This document shows positions 24,965-32,307 of a stretch of 64,000 nucleotides of DNA, piece after piece. The translations under genes and the position numbers were made by a program. The notes under the pieces were generated by a model, which saw only the letters and a program-made list of their open reading frames with translations, was not told the origin of the DNA and did no database searches. The DNA is from a virus, in the IMG/VR virus record IMGVR_UViG_3300002060_000001, positions 1 through 64,000 of that record; one strand, written 5' to 3'. Position 1 is the first letter of the stretch. The number at the start of each line of letters is the position of its first letter.

Positions 24965-24982
24965 ATAACAATAAATTGTTAT
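24965..24982 (+). promoter_or_regulatory. Near-perfect 18-bp palindrome ATAACAATAAATTGTTAT
   Basis: TTGACT at 24953-24958 lies 17 nt upstream of TGTTAT, and TATAAT overlaps at 24979-24984. The box sits 38 nt upstream of the ATG at 25021. Confidence 0.55.
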
Positions 24983-25020
24983 AATGCCGAACTGCGAAAA
25001 CTAAAATTAAAGGAACTCAT

Positions 25021-25470
25021 ATGTCAGAATATGACGCTCACGCGACCGCTAAGACGGGCGAAACCACATTCACACTTCAAGCCGGAGACCCTTACGCTCA
25101 TGTTCTTACAGAGCTCTGGGCCGCGCTTATGGGTGACAATAAACCCATTATATCTGCTAGGTTTGGGGCAATAAGTCAGGCCCATAGCACTGAAATTGCA
25201 TCAGGAAATTCTTTCGGGAATGTTCAGACTGAAAAAGGTAAGGTCAAACTTGCTTATGAAACAGCCGAGCGGATGCGTGAACAGCGCCATGTAATTGATA
25301 ACCCTGAAAACAATGACCCCCCCAACATCAATGAGCGTTTGCTGTTCTCTCTTAGGGAAATCCTTGATCACGTAACTGACGGCGGGACAGAGGACGAAAA
25401 GCTTTTCAGTGATAAGGAGCGCGATATGGTTAAGCGCGCCCGCAAAACTGTTCTTGACGCAGAAGGGTAG
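25021..25470 (+). CDS. Hypothetical protein (149 aa)
   Basis: Track ORF with an AAAGGAAC SD-like sequence upstream. Confidence 0.5.
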   Translation: MSEYDAHATAKTGETTFTLQAGDPYAHVLTELWAALMGDNKPIISARFGAISQAHSTEIASGNSFGNVQTEKGKVKLAYETAERMREQRHVIDNPENNDPPNINERLLFSLREILDHVTDGGTEDEKLFSDKERDMVKRARKTVLDAEG

Positions 25471-25476
25471 GGCGTC

Positions 25477-25818
25477 ATGGTCGCTATAAATTTCACTAAA
25501 TTCGTTGATAAAGTTGAGGCCCGCGAAAAGCGGATGACTATAAGAAAAACTGCGCGCGGAAAGGTTGGGGATAAGGTTCAGCTATATACAGGCATGAGAA
25601 CATCTAACTGCCGTAAATTGATTAAAGATGACCCTGTTTTGACAGATATTTTTCCTATTGAAATTAACTCAAATGGGACGTTTTATAATCACCCGATAGA
25701 ATATCTTTATCAAAAAGACGGATTCCGTGATTTAGCTGATTTCCTAAACTTCTTCAATAAAACCTATGGACTGCCGTTCAGCGGCTTTGTTCATATTTGG
25801 GAGTGGGAGGGCGCATAA
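25477..25818 (+). CDS. ASCH/PUA-like domain protein (putative)
   Basis: FVDKVEAREKRMTIRKTARGKVGDKVQLYTGMR... fits the ASCH beta-barrel pattern (K-x-T-I-R then G-D...LY). Recognised by eye only. Confidence 0.5.
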   Translation: MVAINFTKFVDKVEAREKRMTIRKTARGKVGDKVQLYTGMRTSNCRKLIKDDPVLTDIFPIEINSNGTFYNHPIEYLYQKDGFRDLADFLNFFNKTYGLPFSGFVHIWEWEGA

Positions 25819-25819
25819 A

Positions 25820-26959
25820 ATGGGATTGCAGTGGTCTCCACAACAGCGTGAGGCGCTTGATCAAGTCGGTGACTGGCTTGAGCGGGCCGTCAAGGTCAAG
25901 AATTTTCAGAACAGTGATGTTCCTCAAGTTTTCTATCTGGGCGGCTATGCGGGAACAGGTAAATCAACCCTAGCCCGTTATCTGGCTGACAAACGCAAGA
26001 CTGTCTATGGCGCCTATACGGGCAAGGCCGCCGTCGTAATGCAAAAGTCAGGATGTGACGGGGCAAGCACACTTCATTCAACGATTTACAACGCCAAGCG
26101 TGACGGAATGACGGGGAAATATCGCTTTGTCTTTAACCATGATGGGCCGTGTAAATATTGTGATGTCATTGTCGTTGATGAAGTTTCAATGGTGGGTGAT
26201 AAAATCGGCTCTGACCTATTGAAATATAACAAGCCTGTTCTTGTTCTGGGTGATCCCGCGCAGCTTCCACCTATTAAATCCGGTGGATTCTTTACCGCCC
26301 GTGACCCTGATTTGATGCTTACTGAAATTCACCGTCAGGCTGAAAACAATCCTATCATCCGTCTGGCGGCTGAAGTGCGCGCGGGCGGCATCCCGACATA
26401 CGGTTCTTACGGACTGTCTGCCGTCATAGATACCGCTGAAATCACATCAAAAATGATCCTTGATGCTGATCAGGTTCTTGTCGGGCGCAACCGGACACGG
26501 GAACAATACAATGAACGCATCCGTGAACTCAAAAAGATAGAGCCGAAACTGCCGATTGTCGGTGATAGGCTTGTCTGTCTTAGGAATGATCACAATTTAG
26601 GAATATTCAACGGCGGAATATATAGAGTTGAAAAACTTGAGACGCCAGATGAGCCGCGCGACAAAGAACGGTGCGTTCGCCTTATCGTCCGTTCAGAGGA
26701 CTTTCCTGACGCTGATTTCGTTGATGTGACTGTTCGCAAGGAGTTTTTCACGGGCGGTCATCAGGACATATTCTGGAAAGAACTCATGGGACAACAGCAG
26801 TTCACATTCGGATATGCGCTGACGGTTCACAAAAGTCAGGGTTCACAATGGGATAATGTTGTCTTGTTTGATCAGTCTAAAGCTTTCGGGGATGAATGGT
26901 CTCGGTGGCTTTATACCGGAATAACACGCGCCGCTGAAAGGATCACAATAGTTCGATGA
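25820..26959 (+). CDS. RecD/Dda-like SF1 helicase
   Basis: Start at ATG 25820. Walker A GGYAGTGKSTL, Walker B VIVVDEVSMV, LVLGDPAQLPP, YALTVHKSQGSQWDNVVL. Confidence 0.85.
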   Translation: MGLQWSPQQREALDQVGDWLERAVKVKNFQNSDVPQVFYLGGYAGTGKSTLARYLADKRKTVYGAYTGKAAVVMQKSGCDGASTLHSTIYNAKRDGMTGKYRFVFNHDGPCKYCDVIVVDEVSMVGDKIGSDLLKYNKPVLVLGDPAQLPPIKSGGFFTARDPDLMLTEIHRQAENNPIIRLAAEVRAGGIPTYGSYGLSAVIDTAEITSKMILDADQVLVGRNRTREQYNERIRELKKIEPKLPIVGDRLVCLRNDHNLGIFNGGIYRVEKLETPDEPRDKERCVRLIVRSEDFPDADFVDVTVRKEFFTGGHQDIFWKELMGQQQFTFGYALTVHKSQGSQWDNVVLFDQSKAFGDEWSRWLYTGITRAAERITIVR

Positions 26960-27417
26960 TGTATTTACACTGCCCAGTAACAGACTGGCTTGAAATTAGA
27001 ACATCCCTTGAAGCCGGATTCGGAATGGAATTGCGCGACGGGTACTGGGATGATCAGGACTGGCTTGATGTCTATTTGTGGTGCGAGGGAGATCTGATTA
27101 AGGGCGGCGTGATAATGCTCAACACCCCCTATGGTGTCAGGCTGTTATCTAAAATCTGGGTTGAGCCTAAATTCAGAGGGACGGGTGTCGCCTCAAAGAT
27201 GTGGGCATTTATTGAAAAAGAATATGCGGAGTTTTTCTGGCGGTCACTCAAAGCAAATGAATGTGTCCCCTGGTATCTAAAAAACGCCACTAAGCATATT
27301 GAATACAGAGATCGTTATATCTATTTCAAATATGTCGAAAAAAACACCATTAAAGATTGTTACGAATTGGCTGTTTGGGCTTTTAACTTACCCTTTGATT
27401 TTGTGAGGACGGGATGA
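26956..27417 (+). CDS. GNAT-like acetyltransferase (putative)
   Basis: IWVEPKFRGTGVASKMWAFIEKE matches GNAT motif A (R-x-x-G-x-A acetyl-CoA loop). 153 aa. ATGA overlap with the helicase gene. Confidence 0.5.
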   Translation: MMYLHCPVTDWLEIRTSLEAGFGMELRDGYWDDQDWLDVYLWCEGDLIKGGVIMLNTPYGVRLLSKIWVEPKFRGTGVASKMWAFIEKEYAEFFWRSLKANECVPWYLKNATKHIEYRDRYIYFKYVEKNTIKDCYELAVWAFNLPFDFVRTG

Positions 27418-27770
27418 AACCCATTGTTATTATTGAAAGCCCCTATGCGGGGAATGTTGAATTGAACGTCCGCTATGCCCGCGCGGCCATGCGGGACAGC
27501 CTTATGAAAGGGGAAGCCCCTTTTGCGTCTCATCTGCTCTATACTCAAGAGGGCGTCCTTGATGACACCATTCCAGAGCAACGGACGCGCGGTATCGAGG
27601 CGGGGCTTGAGTTCACGCGAGTCGCGGACAGGGTTGCGGTTTACTGTGATCTAGGCGTCAGTGAGGGGATGAAGCTCGGCATCGATCGTCACGAAAAAAA
27701 CGGGACACCCGTTGAATTACGGTATGTCCCTGATTTTGAAACCTCAATAATGGATACGACGAACGATTAG
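27414..27770 (+). CDS. DUF4406 / nucleoside 2-deoxyribosyltransferase-like protein
   Basis: MKPIVIIESPYAGNVELNVRYARAAMRDSLMKGEAPFASHLLYTQ...GIEAG...VYCDLGVSEGMKLGI. This is a family pattern recalled from phage genomes. Confidence 0.55.
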   Translation: MKPIVIIESPYAGNVELNVRYARAAMRDSLMKGEAPFASHLLYTQEGVLDDTIPEQRTRGIEAGLEFTRVADRVAVYCDLGVSEGMKLGIDRHEKNGTPVELRYVPDFETSIMDTTND

Positions 27771-28450
27771 CGTGGCGTTATCGGTGATGTCACAGGGTAT
27801 GATTTACCGTCATACCAGTTCAAGTCAGCGCACCCAGACCGGACAAGCCATTGATTGAGGTTATGTCCGTTTTTCCAAACAATAACCAACGGACGCCCGA
27901 ACTTACCGGACTCATCCGCGAGGGTCTGGATAACAACCTCTGAACCGCCATATTTCAGCCAGTCCATAGGTATTTTCTGGATGTTCTCAAGATCACCGTC
28001 ACGGGGAACGAGTTCGTGATACATGACTTTTCTAGGGTAAAGTGTCGGATTTCCGCCTAGCCATGAGATCATTAAATCACGGCATTTAAAGCCTTGTGCG
28101 ACGTGTTCAGTGTCTATGGGCCGTCCGCGAAACTTCTTACTTCGGCTGCGCTTAATCTCATAAGCGTTTGTTCTGGCAAGCCTGACATTGATGTCCCGAC
28201 GCCAAAAATTGAAACCCAGATCAATGTCTATGTTCAGGGTGTCGGAATCATAGACCTGTTTAATAACGCCCCGATAAGTATAGATAGGCGTATGAATGGC
28301 CGCCGGATCACCCTCAAGGACAGACTGATAGTTTTCCTGCGGAATGGTTTGCGCGGATGCCGCGCTTGCCAGTGAAAAGACCGTGACGAATGCAAAAAGG
28401 ACGCCGATAAAGGCGCCCGTCAGATAGTGTTTAAGGTTCTGGTATTTCAT
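27767..28450 (-). CDS. Secreted staphylococcal-nuclease (SNase/thermonuclease)-like protein
   Basis: Start at ATG 28450 with a GGGAG SD. The signal peptide is MKYQNLKHYLTGAFIGVLFAFVTVFSLASAASAQ. VIKQVYDSDTLNIDI...INVRLARTNAYEIK is the SNase OB-fold motif. Confidence 0.6.
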   Translation of the reverse strand: MKYQNLKHYLTGAFIGVLFAFVTVFSLASAASAQTIPQENYQSVLEGDPAAIHTPIYTYRGVIKQVYDSDTLNIDIDLGFNFWRRDINVRLARTNAYEIKRSRSKKFRGRPIDTEHVAQGFKCRDLMISWLGGNPTLYPRKVMYHELVPRDGDLENIQKIPMDWLKYGGSEVVIQTLADESGKFGRPLVIVWKNGHNLNQWLVRSGCADLNWYDGKSYPVTSPITPR

Positions 28451-28880
28451 TTTTAGGTACTCCCGGTGCGTTAGGGTTAGCGGCATCAAGCCCTTTTTGA
28501 GTTTGAACCTGTCCGTCTTTCATTCCCAGATACCAATTTACGAGCTCTGTATATAACAGGCGTAGGTCATGGTATTGAGCGGACCAGTTGATAGCAACGC
28601 CAACGGACTCAATTCCCTCAATGTCGTCACTTCCGTCATCCTCAAGATATTCTTCAGAGAGAATAGCAACTTTGCGGGGAAACTTAGGCGGCAAGTCCTC
28701 AAGCGGCTGAATGACTGTTCTGCCGGGGAGATACTCTTTTTCAACAACGGTTTTGGTTTCGGTCTGAATAACCGTTTCCGGAACCTTGTTGTTATTTTTG
28801 GATTTTCCCAACCCTAGCGTTCCGCAAGAGGCGCTTGCCCCCGCGAACAATACAACGATTGCCGTTCTCATCTGTCGCAT
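28431..28880 (-). CDS. Outer-membrane lipoprotein, o-spanin candidate
   Basis: The signal and lipobox-like sequence VVLFAGASASC, and a start embedded in the 3' end of the preceding gene in another frame (89-nt overlap), give an overlapped spanin architecture. Confidence 0.5.
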   Translation of the reverse strand: MRQMRTAIVVLFAGASASCGTLGLGKSKNNNKVPETVIQTETKTVVEKEYLPGRTVIQPLEDLPPKFPRKVAILSEEYLEDDGSDDIEGIESVGVAINWSAQYHDLRLLYTELVNWYLGMKDGQVQTQKGLDAANPNAPGVPKNEIPEP

Positions 28881-29343
28881 TTTTCAACATCTCCTCAAAT
28901 TCATCTTTCAGATCATCAAAAGCGTCTGAATTGTTACTGCGTCCGGCGTTGATGGCGTTTATAGCCGTCTGGGTTGCCTGACGAGCGGCCCTTGTGTTCT
29001 CGCGCTCTGCCTTAAGAGCCTCTATGTGAGCCTTGTTTCTGGTGTCCTCAAGGCCCGTCAGACGGCGGTTCTCTTTTGAAACAGTTTCATTCGTCGCGCG
29101 ACAAGCGCTTAACGTAGATTTAAGGTTAGCCTCACTTTTGATAAAAGCATTGATGCGGGTCTGCATCTCCGCAACCTCAACGTCCCGCGATGAGACGCCT
29201 TTGTCATATTTGACGCTTCCATAGATAAAGCCGCCGATGATAAGCCCGACGGGCAAAAGTATTCCCGTAAGACCAACGGCGGCCTGCTGACGGCCCGATA
29301 GGCCGCCCATAACACCAGTTATAAGGGGGATTAAACCAAACAT
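28792..29343 (-). CDS. i-spanin candidate (N-terminal TM plus coiled coil)
   Basis: MFGLIPLITGVMGG...LLPVGLIIGGFIYG TM segment followed by a long helical/charged periplasmic part. Confidence 0.5.
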   Translation of the reverse strand: MFGLIPLITGVMGGLSGRQQAAVGLTGILLPVGLIIGGFIYGSVKYDKGVSSRDVEVAEMQTRINAFIKSEANLKSTLSACRATNETVSKENRRLTGLEDTRNKAHIEALKAERENTRAARQATQTAINAINAGRSNNSDAFDDLKDEFEEMLKNATDENGNRCIVRGGKRLLRNARVGKIQK

Positions 29344-29346
29344 GAT

Positions 29347-29511
29347 TTATTTGTGAAGTTGATGGTTGTTCCCATCTGTATTCCCACCGCCGCCAGAGCC
29401 AGAGCCCGAACCTGTACTGCGGCGCGATTTACTGGCTTTTATACGGCTATAAATGAAAGCCCCGAACAAGGCTAAAGCAAAAATAGGGATTAAAATTTCC
29501 AAGATTTCCAT
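29347..29511 (-). CDS. 54-aa single-TM peptide (holin/antiholin-like candidate)
   Basis: Too short for the ORF track. TTAGGAGATAGTC precedes the ATG. Product: MEILEILIPIFALALFGAFIYSRIKASKSRRSTGSGSGSGGGGNTDGNNHQLHK. Confidence 0.5.
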   Translation of the reverse strand: MEILEILIPIFALALFGAFIYSRIKASKSRRSTGSGSGSGGGGNTDGNNHQLHK

Positions 29512-29551
29512 GACTATCTCCTAAAATGGAAACTAGCCTTTAGCATAAAAC

Positions 29552-30343
29552 CTATTCTGTGTCTGCATCTATGATTCTAAGCCATAACTGACCCGCATCC
29601 GCGACAGGCGCGTAACGCTCATAAAACGGTCTATAATTTATCCTAGACCGCGTGACCATGACAGTTTTGCCGTCCCAGTCCCCAACAAGAGGGCATCCCA
29701 GTGTGTCTTTCGGCCAGTTTCCAGGATGCATTTGAATATAGGTGAACCCCGGAACCTTTAGCAATTCCATAATCCCGTACTTATGCCAGTTCCCGTCACG
29801 GAAATAGCGCGCGTGTTCATTGATAGCGCGCTGTCGGTCATGTTGTGTTGAGACTTGATATAGGCCGGCGGGGATAGCGGTCTTTCCGTAAATCTTAACC
29901 GCGTCAGGATTGTCGGGGTTACACATCCACGCAATTTCATCAAAGTTTGAATGATCATCCTTGAGATATGGCAATCTCGTGACATCCTCACAAATATAAC
30001 AAACGTGATCCCCCGCCTCTGTCGTGATTTCACCTATCTGTCCGGCGCTTGTTTGCAAAAGACCCCTTTTTAGGATCAGGAGCATTCTCATCTGGGATTG
30101 ATTAGCCATAGGTTTGTCTCTCATATTTGACGTTTTATTGTCGACAACCGATTTTGTGACTATCTCATTGTCCTCAATGGGCATTAAATCGTTCGTTATC
30201 GGTGAAATCCCGTCCGTCTGTGCGTTTTCTGCGGTTTTTGATACCACGGGTGCGGCGGACGGGGTTTCAATGGTTTTTGTGGGCACTTTACTGCGGCTTG
30301 CCGCCAAGGCGATTGCGCGCGCGATATTGGCCCAGAACTTCAT
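29552..30343 (-). CDS. DUF5675-like C-terminal domain protein (candidate cell-wall-acting enzyme)
   Basis: GKTAIPAGLYQV...ELLKVPGFTYIQMHPGNWPKDTLGCPLVG resembles the DUF5675 core (GKTAIPAG.Y...VPGF..I.IH.GN...T.GCI.VG). Confidence 0.5.
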   Translation of the reverse strand: MKFWANIARAIALAASRSKVPTKTIETPSAAPVVSKTAENAQTDGISPITNDLMPIEDNEIVTKSVVDNKTSNMRDKPMANQSQMRMLLILKRGLLQTSAGQIGEITTEAGDHVCYICEDVTRLPYLKDDHSNFDEIAWMCNPDNPDAVKIYGKTAIPAGLYQVSTQHDRQRAINEHARYFRDGNWHKYGIMELLKVPGFTYIQMHPGNWPKDTLGCPLVGDWDGKTVMVTRSRINYRPFYERYAPVADAGQLWLRIIDADTE

Positions 30344-30648
30344 TATCCGGCATCCGGTCTGAATAGCGGCTCTTGAACCATGATCACAACCGTCATCGGG
30401 TCAGTGTCATAGTCTGGTCCACACTCGGTTGTTGATGGATCTCCGTCATACGCGACATTGAGATTACGGGCCTCAAGGCGTCCCGTTCCTATCATGGCGT
30501 CGCGGGCGTCACAATTTGGTTGATAGCGCAGAATAGCCGTTTCGGCCTCATCTGTTGTTTCCTCAAGCCTAATTCCCGTCGGCTCTGGATAGCCCGCTTC
30601 CGTCAGGGTTGTCTTGATAAGACGAATGTCTTCATCTGTTAATTTCAT
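30343..30648 (-). CDS. Hypothetical acidic protein (101 aa)
   Basis: Track ORF with a strong SD TTTTAGGAGAC upstream. Confidence 0.5.
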   Translation of the reverse strand: MKLTDEDIRLIKTTLTEAGYPEPTGIRLEETTDEAETAILRYQPNCDARDAMIGTGRLEARNLNVAYDGDPSTTECGPDYDTDPMTVVIMVQEPLFRPDAG

Positions 30649-30683
30649 AATGGTCTCCTAAAATTAGCCTAAACGGCTCACTT

Positions 30684-30712
30684 TCTTAAACGGGAGACCC
30701 GCAATCTGTCAA
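30684..30712 (-). promoter_or_regulatory. Sigma70-like promoter candidate
   Basis: Minus-strand TTGACA (30712-30707), a 17-nt spacer, then TTAAGA (30689-30684), about 35 nt upstream of the ATG at 30648. Confidence 0.3.
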
Positions 30713-31101
30713 TTTTCAGCCAATGAGGCAAATGCACAGAAGTGAGGACGTTCTTGATGAGGCCATTCCAGAAGCGCGAGCTCAAGGTTAAGAGCAATAA
30801 TTTTTCCACCGCCACCGATAATAGAAACATTTGTCAGGTACTTACCCTCACCCGTCCGCAACGCATCCGCCGCCCAGTCGATAGGCTTATTGTGAATATG
30901 CTTAACTCCTTGGGGGATAAGAGACGCCAGACTTGTCCCGACCATAGAGCTCTCATCGCGGTTTGTGAGACGACAAAACCCTAAAGAGACACACCCTATC
31001 TTGTTGTCGGCGTCAATATGAATGACAGCCACATCCTCTGAAGCCAGAACAGCCGCGCCCAGTGATGCTCTAATTAAACCCCCGATATGTGGATCACTCA
31101 T
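30709..31101 (-). CDS. Stand-alone PAS-like domain protein (putative)
   Basis: AVLASEDVAVIHIDADNKIGCVSLGFCRLTNRDESSMVGTSLASLIPQGVKHIH... follows the PAS N-cap/beta-sheet pattern. 130 aa. Recognised by eye only. Confidence 0.35.
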   Translation of the reverse strand: MSDPHIGGLIRASLGAAVLASEDVAVIHIDADNKIGCVSLGFCRLTNRDESSMVGTSLASLIPQGVKHIHNKPIDWAADALRTGEGKYLTNVSIIGGGGKIIALNLELALLEWPHQERPHFCAFASLAEN

Positions 31102-31104
31102 AGC

Positions 31105-31536
31105 CTAGTCTCCTGTAGATGATTTCGGCGGGGCTTTTCTAACCGCCGTTGCGCCCGAATACATTTCAAGTCTGGCTTCAGCGCGCGCTAACTTTTCCGT
31201 AAGGTCAAGAACCTTAGCGCTTAATTCTTGAATTTTCGTTTCGAAGGCGTCCCACTTTTCCTTATTTTCAGTCTCAAGTTTTTCACGAACGTCATCCCGC
31301 TCTTCTTTCATTCGCTCGGCATCATTACGAGCCGGAATAACCATTCCGCGAAAAGTGAAAGCCACGCTTGATATAATGGCCGCAACAGCCAAAAGAACCG
31401 CACCCCCTGGGCCTTGTAAAACACCTGCTAACTCACCGAGATTTCCCGTTCTCTCAAGCAATAAAGTAACGATAGCCGTTACGCCGACGCCCCCGCCGAG
31501 AACTAGACTTCCGTTTCCTTTATTTTGATCGCTCAT
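31105..31536 (-). CDS. Two-TM membrane protein with a C-terminal coiled coil (holin-like candidate)
   Basis: Two hydrophobic segments, GGGVGVTAIVTLLL and AVLLAVAAIISSVAFTF, are followed by a charged helical tail. Confidence 0.4.
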   Translation of the reverse strand: MSDQNKGNGSLVLGGGVGVTAIVTLLLERTGNLGELAGVLQGPGGAVLLAVAAIISSVAFTFRGMVIPARNDAERMKEERDDVREKLETENKEKWDAFETKIQELSAKVLDLTEKLARAEARLEMYSGATAVRKAPPKSSTGD

Positions 31537-31603
31537 TTGAATCTCCAGCCCTTATAAAAATTTATACCCAATTCCCTGTTGCATAAAATTATTTCGTGTC
31601 AAA

Positions 31604-31630
31604 TAAAAAACCCCGCACAAAGGCGGGGCT
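31604..31630 (-). terminator. Rho-independent terminator
   Basis: Minus-strand CCCCGC-CTTTGT-GCGGGG followed by TTTTTTATTT, located 23 nt after the stop of 31653-31970. Confidence 0.7.
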
Positions 31631-31652
31631 TGAAATAAAATATCCTATGTAT

Positions 31653-31970
31653 TTATCCTGCAGGGTCAGGGGCCGGGCTTTGTTCCGGAGCGCTTAATTC
31701 TTGAAGCCGGATATTTTTTTCTGAAAACTTTTTCCCTAGAGTAAACTCAACAACCTGAACCGATTGAGAGAGTTCTTTAACCAAAGGAAGGCTTGGATCA
31801 AGTTGTGAAACTGCATATTTTGCCTCATCAAGACCGGCTTGAACCTTACTTATAATTTCACCGACAATAGGAATCATCATTTCCAAATCGGCCTTTTCTG
31901 TTTCCGAATTACGGCTGTCTATACTGACTTTTGCCGCATCAACTTTTTTCTGAATATCAGTCTTTGCCAT
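31653..31970 (-). CDS. Hypothetical protein (105 aa)
   Basis: Track ORF, helical and acidic, followed by a terminator. Confidence 0.5.
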   Translation of the reverse strand: MAKTDIQKKVDAAKVSIDSRNSETEKADLEMMIPIVGEIISKVQAGLDEAKYAVSQLDPSLPLVKELSQSVQVVEFTLGKKFSEKNIRLQELSAPEQSPAPDPAG

Positions 31971-31981
31971 TTGGCTCTCTC

Positions 31982-32299
31982 CTATTTTGGTTTTTTTGGG
32001 AATACCACGTCACTTGGATTATCACAAGATTTTGTTATATCGCGCAAAGTGTTACGATATTGATCGCGCCCCGCAAGCTGTTCTTTCGTTTTTCTGGCCC
32101 TATAGCTCACGTTATCCCAATAGTCTGTTTGAGCTAAAAGTTTTTTCGCTTTGGCCTTTATATCATTCGGGGTGACTTCAGCCGAATGTGACTCGCGAGC
32201 CTTTTCTGTTCTGCAAACATCACATCCATTTTTGCGGATGGTAAAGCTTGGCCTTTCTCTATCGCATTTAGGGCATTTTTTAATTTTATGTTTTGCCAT
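31982..32299 (-). CDS. Tail-fibre assembly chaperone-like protein with an N-terminal Zn ribbon
   Basis: CPKCDRE...CDVC is followed by QTDYWDNVSYRARKTKEQLAGRDQYRNTLRDITKSCDNPSDVVFPKKP. This matches the usual chaperone motif (dW...W..YR..LRDIt....P). It lies just downstream of the fibre gene. Confidence 0.55.
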   Translation of the reverse strand: MAKHKIKKCPKCDRERPSFTIRKNGCDVCRTEKARESHSAEVTPNDIKAKAKKLLAQTDYWDNVSYRARKTKEQLAGRDQYRNTLRDITKSCDNPSDVVFPKKPK

Positions 32300-32307
32300 A
32301 ATATTTC

